Program-made: the position numbers and the translations under genes
NCBI GenBank assembly: GCA_907165135.1
Contig: OU015566.1
Location: 12,338,001-12,402,000 of the forward strand
Length of the DNA stretch: 64,000 bases
Source: Oikopleura dioica
Lineage: Eukaryota > Animalia > Chordata
Direction of reading: 5' to 3'
The notes under the pieces: model-generated
Database searches by the model: none
Seen by the model: only the letters and a program-made list of their open reading frames with translations
What the model was told of the DNA's origin: nothing
In this document: piece by piece, positions 55,050-64,000 of the stretch
Position numbering within the stretch: the first letter of the stretch is position 1
Layout: each line of letters begins with the position of its first letter

Positions 55050-56674
55050 CTAAAACTGGTGATTGAGACGACGGCGTTTCATTTCTTCCGTTCTTTCCGC
55101 CAATTTGCGCTTCAAATCTTGAGTATGCTCGTTTGTAATCACGCCGCCGGAGGACTGCGCTTTTTCGAACATTTCTTTCATCATTTGGCGCATGAATGCA
55201 ACTCTATAAAGATGACTGTAAAGACTTTTTGCGAGGAGAAAATTAAATTTACTGGGGCATAAAACTCGGTTGAAAAAGTTCATGTGCATTTAAAATTGTG
55301 AGATAGAAAGATAGGCCTTTAGTACTCCCCAAAGGGCCAATTAGACTTTGTCCGCTGGTGCAATAAGGATTTTGCCCATTTTGACACTGTCACTTACCCA
55401 TGAGCGACTTCCATCTGGCCGTTGTGATCCAATTTGTCAAGAAAATTATTTATCTGATCATCCGCTTCTTTCTCCTCTTCTTTGTGCGCTTCTATGCCTT
55501 TTTGCTCGTAAGCAGCAACACTGTCTAAAATGAACAGTAAAACGAATAGCTCCTTTTCGATTTATATACATGAGATAGAATAGAAATAGTTCTGTAATAG
55601 TACCATCAAAGTCGATGAGAAATTCGACTTTGGCATCAGTCAGCAGCTTCATACAATCAACGCATTTGCAGATCTTGAGGCGGAAATCCTCGACGAAAAA
55701 GCTGCCAGACGTTGATTTCGGCTCGTTCTTGGGCTTAGTACAGTCGCCAGAAACTTAATTGCTACTGTTAGACGTTGATTGACAGACACAGATGTCATTA
55801 TTCGATCCTTTCAGACAAGGTGAAACATAATCGACTGTAAAGCGTCCTCTCTGTACCTGATTCTTTATCTGCATTGCTGATACTATAGCAGCGTAGAAAG
55901 GAGAGTTCAGGCTTGGCCAAGCACCGAGGGCAAATCATCTCGTCATTATCATCATTATCCAGCTCTTCTTTGGTGAGTTTCAAGCAGCTACTGTGCCACC
56001 AATCCTCGCAAACGATGCACTGGATCATCTCGTCGTCTTTCAGCTCTTCTGGGCAATCTGGATCGGGATAAGGGCGGAGGCATTCGCAGTATTTTCCTGA
56101 TCGATGATATTTTTGCACTTGAAGGGGCTCTTACCATCGAAATTGTGGTCGTATCTGTTTTTCTCGTTTGTGTGATTCTTGCTCTCATCGAATTTACATT
56201 TCCGGTGATATTTCCCGGTCCCACAGTCACAACGAAAATCGCGCTTTGTGTACAGTTCCACCAGCTCGCAATCGTCGTGGCAATTGTAGGAACACGCTGT
56301 TTTTAGGGTAAAAATCTGCTTTGACAAAAACGATCTACAGTAACACTACTGGTCTTTCTATAAGAAAGCAATTTTAACCGTTTCCTAGACACATAGCAGC
56401 TGGCTGGCCATCCTTGGCACAAGTCAAACAAGCATAAAGTGCCTGTCTCTTACAGTAGCCTTGAGGAAACGAGCAATTATCTGCATCAGAAGCGCCCAAA
56501 ACTGATATTTGCTCCTTTTGATCGGCTTCTATTTCTTCGATTGTCTGTAATTGTTCCTCTATAAAAGATAGACTGAATATTCGGGCCACGAAAAGTACCT
56601 GTATTTCCATTTTCTTTTTGTAGGTCTTCCATGATCTTCTCAACTACTCGTGCTTCTGCGCTTCTTTCATTCAT
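55050..56674 (-). CDS. UBR7: E3 ubiquitin ligase UBR7 (UBR box + PHD), multi-exon
   Basis: VLGASDADNCSFPQGYCKRQALYACLTC, LVELYTKRDFRCDCG, YCECLRPYPDP, MIQCIVCEDWWH. Confidence 0.95.
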
Positions 56675-56801
56675 ACTCTGGTCGTTCTAGAGATTCGTTT
56701 TTAAACAGTAGACTTGTTAAATGTTTAGCCGTTAATTTGTTAAAGTTAAAAAGTACAGAAGGGAAAACGAATCGAAATGGCAGAGAAAATATATTTTCAA
56801 G

Positions 56802-58435
56802 TTAAAAAATATTTTGCTGCCTCCAATCGACTTCATCTTCGGAGCCGGAGGACATTTCTTCATCTTCCACTGCTTCGAGCTTCTTTTGGCGGAGTTCTTC
56901 GCGCTTTTTGCGCAGTTCTTTCACCCGATCGGCAAGGTCTTTGGTCTTAGAGAACATGGCGATTTGTTGATCGACTTCATCTGAAACGAAAGTGTAAAAT
57001 CCGAAACAGAGCCGATTTTAAGGTTCTATGGGAATCAGGCTGGATCGTTCTTTGCCGGATAAAAACCGTGAAAATGAAGCGTTTATAAAGAGAAACTTGA
57101 AATCCTCCTCAAAGTTAAAATTAAACTCGATTTCGTTCAGCTTATGTCCATTAGAAAAGGATCAAGAAAAGATTAATGAAAAACGGTATAAAATGAAACT
57201 CGAATTTAAAATAGTTATTGCTTTAACTCAGGAGGTACGCTTGAGTTTATAAAATAAATATCATATGATAAATATATTATGAAATGTGTAAATAGAGATC
57301 ATATGCTATTTGAAAGCAGCTTGTTCTCACCAATATCTTTTGAAAAGTTGAAACTTTCATCCTCTTCTTCCAACATCTGATTCGACTTGACTGTTTCTTC
57401 ATTTATCGCCATGGTGAACTCGTTCCATTCTCTGCAAAAATAATCCTATAAATTCTATCATGAAAATTCACCTTTTTGCTTTATCCGCCGGCGTTTCAAC
57501 CCCTCGAATAGTCGCATCTTTCGTCTTGTCGTCGTAGAATCCTTGCGGTAGATTTTTCGCGATTCCGACGCCCTTTACTTTTGCTCCGTCCTTGAAATAG
57601 CTGATTGTTTATTGCTCGGGCAAAGGTGTTAGTACCTGAGTTTGGATGAGAAGACGCTTGTTTATCCTTTCCTTTTCTTCTTGCTCTTCTGAGACTGAAA
57701 ATAGGGTTGTTAGAAATTTGGTTCGATTGTGAATGGTCCCGATTTTATCGGAAAAATCGATGAAGAGATAGGATTTTGAGATTTAACTGATAGAAATAGG
57801 ATAAAAGGGGCGCTAAAACGTCAACAAATATAAATGCCCGATCTTTGAAAATTTCTATTCAGAAAATGAAGCGCTAGAGTCACTAACAACTCCTCGTAAA
57901 TTCGAATTCAATAAGTTACCTTCCATTGGTTCTTCCTGAACTTTTTCAACCTCTTTTGGCTTGACAAATAAATCCTTGTTCGCTATTCTGTCTTCTTCCT
58001 TGTCAAAAAAGCTCGCAGTCAATCCTGAAGATGTCTTTCCCGATGCTGCTTTTGGAAGTTTCTTCACTGTAGTGCGCATTTGGTCTGCGTTGAGTTTGAT
58101 TTTTGAAGCGATGCTGTTGCTGGCAGTAGTTGATGCTTTCTTCGATGACTTTAGCTCGCCGCTTTGCAGGAGCTTGATTTTTTTAAGCGCTGAGATTTTG
58201 GTTGATATATTTTAAAATCTTTTGATTGCTTAGTAAGGTCTACAAAAAATGAATTCGACCACGAAATCTGTCTTTTAGACGCTGAAAGCTGAGATGGAAA
58301 AAAATTAGTTCAACCAGTAACTATCAAATCTTCAGTAGTAGAACTCGCAGCTGGCCTTTTCGCCTTTGCTGATTTTGCCTTCAACTTCGACATCATTTTC
58401 TGCATGTCTGCTGCTGTGACCTTCTTTTTCGACAT
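56802..58435 (-). CDS. ZNF830: Zinc finger protein 830 (CCDC16)-like, multi-exon
   Basis: NLPQGFYDD...IRGVETPADK, EWNEFTMAINEE, C-terminal DEVDWRQQNIF. Confidence 0.8.
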
Positions 58436-58645
58436 TATTGTTTCAGACAAGCAAAAACACCTCTAAGCAATGGTCCTTTATTTATTCGTTTTCATGAGCA
58501 GTGAGAGTTTTTTACAAAGAAATGAGTGAAAAAAGTACAGTAATGAATGTGATTTACTGAAAGTAGTAGTGTAAGGCGGAAAGAGTTGAAGTTTTTATTT
58601 TTTTTAACATTATTAATCAATTTGATGAACATTCTAGCGTTAATT

Positions 58646-59532
58646 CTATTCGTCGGTCATTCTCCAAATACTATTATTTTTCGGGACTTTCATTTCCCAG
58701 AGACTTTCCCGACGAGAAGTTGCAACTGGCGCTGGTTCTGAAGAGAAAGATGAAAAAGGGATGATGGGAAAAGATGCACCTGAAAAAGCTCCATCGGAGT
58801 TTTGATATTTGATGACTGTTTTTTGATATTCTGAAGCGGGTTGGGTGGAATCAGAGTAAATCTCCATTTGGTCGATTTCCGAATCGGTATCTTGTCGACT
58901 TCTGCGCTCTTTTTTCCTCCCTTTCGACGGAGCATCTGAACGGGGTGTAAGTTTCGTCTAATCAAACCATTTCACGCCAAAAAGATTTCAAAAAAGTACA
59001 AAGAGCCCCTTTTGATGATTTCAAGGTCTAGGCAATTTCTTAGGCTGAGTCGATCTCAATCAGATAAAGATAGTAGCTGAAGCTAAAAATTCTATCGAAG
59101 TTTCCAAAAAGTCAAGCCTGTTCTCAAATTTCAAAGTTTTAACCTGGCTAAAATGCAGCTCATTGCAGAAACAACTTTTGGTTCATTTTGTAAAATGTCA
59201 AATAATAAATGATTAGTATCTGATCGCGAACTAATCTTACCAGAGCTAGTAGCATAATCAATAATTTCCGTAGTCAGTCGATCAGCTAAGAGGTCAATTT
59301 CTTTATCCTCATCGTTTCGTCGTTTTCTCTCCGGAAAGCCCATTTGCGGCCCTTTCAGTCGCTTGTGCGGTCGTTGCTCGAATTTGGAAAAGAAACTGCT
59401 TCTGTTTTGATTTGGACTGTTAGAGCCATGATTAGCGGCTAGTTGCTCGGCTGGTGAGCTACTGGCACTTCCGAAGTCGTTTTTGACGTCTCTAATGATT
59501 TCCCGAGCGAGTCTATCTGCAAACGATTCCAT
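58646..59532 (-). CDS. Hypothetical protein with two AKAP-like amphipathic helices; downstream exon structure uncertain
   Basis: 133-aa first exon with FADRLAREIIRDV and LADRLTTEIIDYA; further open segments to 58646. Confidence 0.45.
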
Positions 59533-59701
59533 CCGTCTTAATCATTAAAATTGCAAACAACGAAGAGGAATTTCCATAAGAAAATATATGCTCTGTCAAT
59601 TATATAAATATAGGAATGAAACAAAACTGGTGAGATGATAGTGTCGGAAGAATAAATGGCAGGCTCGTGATTATATAAAAAAGGGGATGATCTTTCGATG
59701 C

Positions 59702-62700
59702 TTATTCGAAGAGCTGGGCGAGGCGAGGTGAATTTGGGATCTTTTCTCGGGCGAGTTCGGCAACTCGCTCTGGGTCGAGCTTTTTCAGGTTCTTCAGAGC
59801 GTCCTGAAAAAGAAATAGAGAGGAAGGAGGGGCGGGACTTACGTAGACAGCGCTCTTGACATCTGGGTTCTCGTCTTCAAAGTGCAGGATCAGGATTTTC
59901 GCGCCATGCTCAGTATGCGCTCCATAGAGAGTTTTGTCATAGTTTCCATGGAACTTCTGGTCCAGCATTGAGTAGATTCGCTGGGCGCACTAGAAACAAC
60001 CCTTTAGAGGACACGAATAAGGAGATAAAAGCTTACCCTGGTGGCAAGAATACGGAAATCATTGTGCGGGTCGTCCAATCGTTCGAGGAATTTGTACAGG
60101 ACCTTGTGAAGGAAATCCGTTTCCAAGTACTGCCCGCTGATCTCGTGCAGCAAGTTCGAAACCAGAAACAAGCCATGCTTCCTAAGAAATTCTCTGTCAA
60201 AACTGAAGAAGGCAGAAAAACAAACCTGATGCAAACTTCATCGTCCTCAACGACAGAGTGGATGGTGGCCTCGTGACCGTTGTACCACATGACTTGATCC
60301 ATCTCCGATTCTAATGGAAGTAGAGAGCAGAGGATCGAAACTGACGCAAGTTTGACAGCTGACTCGATGCGGCCGACGCGATAAGTGAGGTTCTTTGAGA
60401 CGAGGGCTTTTTGACAGTTGATCATTTTGAGTACTTTCTAAAGTTTTTCATAACGAGAAATGGCTCGAACCGTTCGAAATCAACCTCACAGCAGGATCTG
60501 GAGTTGGTTCGATCTCAATCGATCCCTAGGAGCATAAAATGCGGGCTTGGAAAAATTTATCAACAAAATAATATGAAATCATCGAACACTGTAGCGAGAT
60601 AACACACGCCGTAGGCATTTTTTAGGTAAAAATATGATTACAATGAAAACTTTTTGAAATAAAATCTATGAACTGTTCCTATGAGTGTCTTTCTTGCCTG
60701 TTCCGGAAGCGATTCGGGGTCCGACTGAAAGAGACGGAAGAGCACCTCGACGGTCTTGAGCCGGATGCGCTGATTCTCAAGTCTGGTGTCGAGTAAATCT
60801 TCAAAAATCATTCTCGATCCGTCGAAAATCGCGTCGATTTTGTGAAAACGCGCGAACTGTAGAAAGCAAATCCAGGTCCAAAACTCGTTGGAGTGTTGGT
60901 TCCACGATTTGAGGCTGCCCTTGATACAGAGGTTAAACAACGAGGAGGCTTACTTACAATTTGGGGCGTTGAGTTCAAGTTATTCTCGAGGAAGAACTAA
61001 TGTTTCCTTTCTAAGCACGCTTAGTTGAAAAACAAGACAAAAGGGTTCTAGAGAGAAATTTGCAAAATGTCAATTTAAAACAGCGCGGCCAAGAGTATCT
61101 GACGCATAGATTTGGCGAGAGTTGTCAAGGTTGACGCAATGTTACATCAGCAATTTACTTTTTATCTGCTATCTTTTTTTTAATTTTCTGAGGTAAAGAA
61201 GACATAACATTATGTTTTAATCAAAATCAAATCTGCTAATTTCCAGGAATTCCGATTTTCAGGAATTCATTTTCTCGGATAAAAATCGGTTTAAACGGGC
61301 TCATTTATATCGAAAATATTTCTTACTTGATTTGCTTGAATAAATTTAACTCCAACTTGTCCAATAACGTCGTCCAACGGAGCACCAAAGTTTTTGATAC
61401 TTGCCGGCTCGTAATCCGTCTCTTTGTCGTTCAATGCCTGTATTTCGGGTTGCTCCGGAAAATTAACTCTTTGCGGCTAGTCTTTAGTCTAATAAACAAT
61501 TTGTTTATTGATCTGATTCAAAACGTGGCGACCCCTGCCTGGCAGTAGATCTCGGAGCAGACAACGTTGAAAACATTTATGTTTTGTCTTTTGGATAAAT
61601 GCTCGAGCGTGCGGCGGACAGTCTCGATTTGCCGCTTATCTCGGACCATGTGAGGCATTGCTAAAAATAGGGGTGTTTCAGAAGGCTCCTTTTCTTCAAC
61701 AAAACCTTTAAAAATCGCCTTTGCGAGTTTGTTCTGGAGCTCTGTCTCGTTCCAGACGTTTTTCGCAAAGTTTTCCAAGATCGAAAGCGTTCCAAAGGCA
61801 AATCCCTGCACTCCAGGAAGCACAACCTTGAGCACAAGCTCTGGAGTCGCCAGAATCGTCAGCCAGTTGGCAATTTGGTCGCCGTTTTCACGGACTTGAG
61901 GGTCTCTATCGTTACACGCGCGATTGATCACTTCGACTATCTTTGGCACATGCTGGTGAATATTTCTTTCGCAATGGGAAATGACGAGGCCGTAAATTCG
62001 AGTTGCCATGATGCGATTCTCCAGGCTCAGATTATCTTAATTAAAGACGTAAATCAAGCGCAAATCTTTCAAAAATCAAAGTATGAAGGGGCAAAATCCT
62101 CCATACTTGAGCGCTGGCTTCAAGGAAGAGTACCTGTGGCATCATTCGCGAGCCCATTCATCATCCCCATTAAATTCCTCCCACAGAGCTCCCGACAGCC
62201 CAGCCTGCTTCTGGGCACGCCCTCAGGCCAGGCCTGCGGCGGCGCGACGGGATAGTCCATCTCTTCTTTCAAATCAGTCTCGTTCTCATTCTCAAAAACT
62301 GCGCCAATTTCGTTCCATTCAAACTTCGACTTTTCCGCGATCGCTCGGTCTTCATCGTCGAACATGCCAAAAAGGATCGGAATCAAGAGGTTGAAAAAGG
62401 AGTACCGATCGCGATACGTCTTCAAATAGTCGACCACTTCGATCAGCAAAGCCATTCTGACTGTAGCATTTGTATCGAAGGTTCGTTGAACGAGAATGCT
62501 CATGTTCTTTCGCAAATGCTCGGGAGCGGCGATTTTTAACAACTGCCAAGTGCTAGTGACTGTGCTTGCACGAACTTTGGACTGCTGATGATTACTGGAG
62601 GAGAACAAAGCTGGAAGCATGAATTCAGCGTATTGATGGAAGTTGTAAGGATAAGTGGCGATCATGTGGCGAAGAATTTCGTTGGCGACAAGGCGAGCAG

Positions 62701-63350
62701 TGACGAAAGGATCTGCCAGGGTTCGAGAAAGAATGAGCGAGATTTCAGGCATGTAGCCAGGGATCACTTCTGGGTGGTTTTTGATCACTAAAATTTAGTG
62801 GTTGGGTTTGAAAAGTTGCGGACAAATTACCTCGAAATATAAGCCTCAGCTGCTCAAGACGCAACTCTTCGCAATCTTCCACGATTCTCTCAGTGCCAAG
62901 TCTCGATTCAAGCGTCGGAATCAACCCAGCAAGGAGATTAGGATTGTTGAGTACATCAATGAGCACTTCAATATTTTTCGTGGCGTCGGTTCTGATCGAT
63001 TCGGAATCATCAGCGAAAAGTCGACAGGTGAGCTTCACGATTTGAGGAAGGACTTTCACGTCGCTGAGGACTTCGTAAGGTTCGGAATTGATCACTTTTG
63101 TAAGAATACGAGATCCTTCTTTTCTCTGCGCCCGGGTGGCATTTCTATTGGACTAATGGACCGATTAGGGATGGAAAAAGATGACTGTTTGTACCTGAAT
63201 CTGCTCTGCTTTTCTCAAATTTCCTTCAACTTCGTAGAGATCGTCTTTACTTGCTCCAGAGGGGGCGTTTTCCGGCTCACTTTCTTTCAGAACAGTCACT
63301 TCTTCCTTCTGCTTTTCTATTTCTTCTGTTATCTCTTGAAAGGTAACCAT
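59702..63350 (-). CDS. DNAAF5: Dynein axonemal assembly factor 5 (HEATR2), multi-exon
   Basis: EDCEELRL, LSRTLADPF, HQQSKVR, YRDRYSFFNLLIP, ENENETDLKEEMDYP, RSRLGCREL. Confidence 0.88.
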
Positions 63351-63558
63351 TTTCGCCCTTTTTCCGATTCCCAAGGGACAAAAGGGCTTTCCAATTCTTC
63401 TTCCAGCAGCAAACGCGCGCTGATTGGACGGACTGGAGAGGACCGCGATTCGCCGAGCAACGCGGTTGAAATCAATAATTTGGCGACTTTTTCGCTGCCT
63501 GGTGAGCTTTTTCTAAAGAAAATAAAAGAAGAAAGGAGTAACTAGAGAAACGAAGATC

Positions 63559-64000
63559 ATGGCGTGGCTGAGCTTTATGCTAGTGACGATTCTATGGGGA
63601 CTGGTCGGAATAGGAGCTCCTATGATGGTGCCTTCAAGTCCTCAAAAGGTAAAACGCAATTCCTAGAATTTTGTGACGCTATAATTTGAGATCTTGCAAT
63701 TTTTTCTTTGATATTTGGGCCTAGAACTGTATCTTCGTAAATATAGAGATCAAATTAGTTGGAATTTTCGGCGAAAAATGACAATTTTGTAATTCTACGG
63801 TCAAATTTCGAGATTGAAAGGAGCGTATTTTTCTTATTTCAGAACTGATAATTATGACAATTTTGAGAAGTTATAGTTTCTTGTATCATCTTGTATTCCA
63901 AAATAACTATTTGATTTCAGTTCCTGATCCAGACGATGTTAATCATGACCGCTGCGTGTTGCTGGTTGCACTGGCTGATCGCCTGGATGTCACAATTGAA
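63559..64000 (+). CDS. ATP6V0E: V-ATPase V0 subunit e, partial (runs off the window end)
   Basis: Exon 63559-63648 (MAWLSFMLVTILWGLVGIGAPMMVPSSPQK) and exon from 63921 (FLIQTMLIMTAACCWLHWLIAWMSQL). Confidence 0.85.

Overview
Gene-dense, AT-rich animal DNA with very short introns (many about 40-60 nt), same-strand gene runs separated by only 110-370 nt, and some non-canonical splice donors. This pattern fits the appendicularian tunicate Oikopleura (inference). About 25 protein-coding genes can be reconstructed: TBC1D8/9, DPAGT1, CCDC97, a GALNT, MDH1, CYB5R, SUMF1, WASF/WAVE, ARHGAP39, EXOSC4, DDX52, DCAF7, UBA5, tropomodulin, PBX, a Fos-family bZIP, NAA30, PIGU, a ZU5-ZU5-UPA protein, UBR7, ZNF830, DNAAF5, ATP6V0E and a few orphans. 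Three long introns host antisense nested genes. Accessory DNA comprises a ~340-bp TIR element with (TTAGGG)7, a ~3.2-kb 54-bp minisatellite beside a decayed kinase, and an intact Penelope-like retroelement with a 12-bp TSD and three hammerhead ribozyme motifs. The strongest novelty candidate is a predicted 752-aa SUMF1/formylglycine-generating enzyme. In it, a signal peptide and eight helical Gly-Cys-Pro repeats are spliced in frame to the CGC motif, the FGE domain and a C-terminal HDEL. Exon boundaries were read by eye and some are approximate; no database searches were run.
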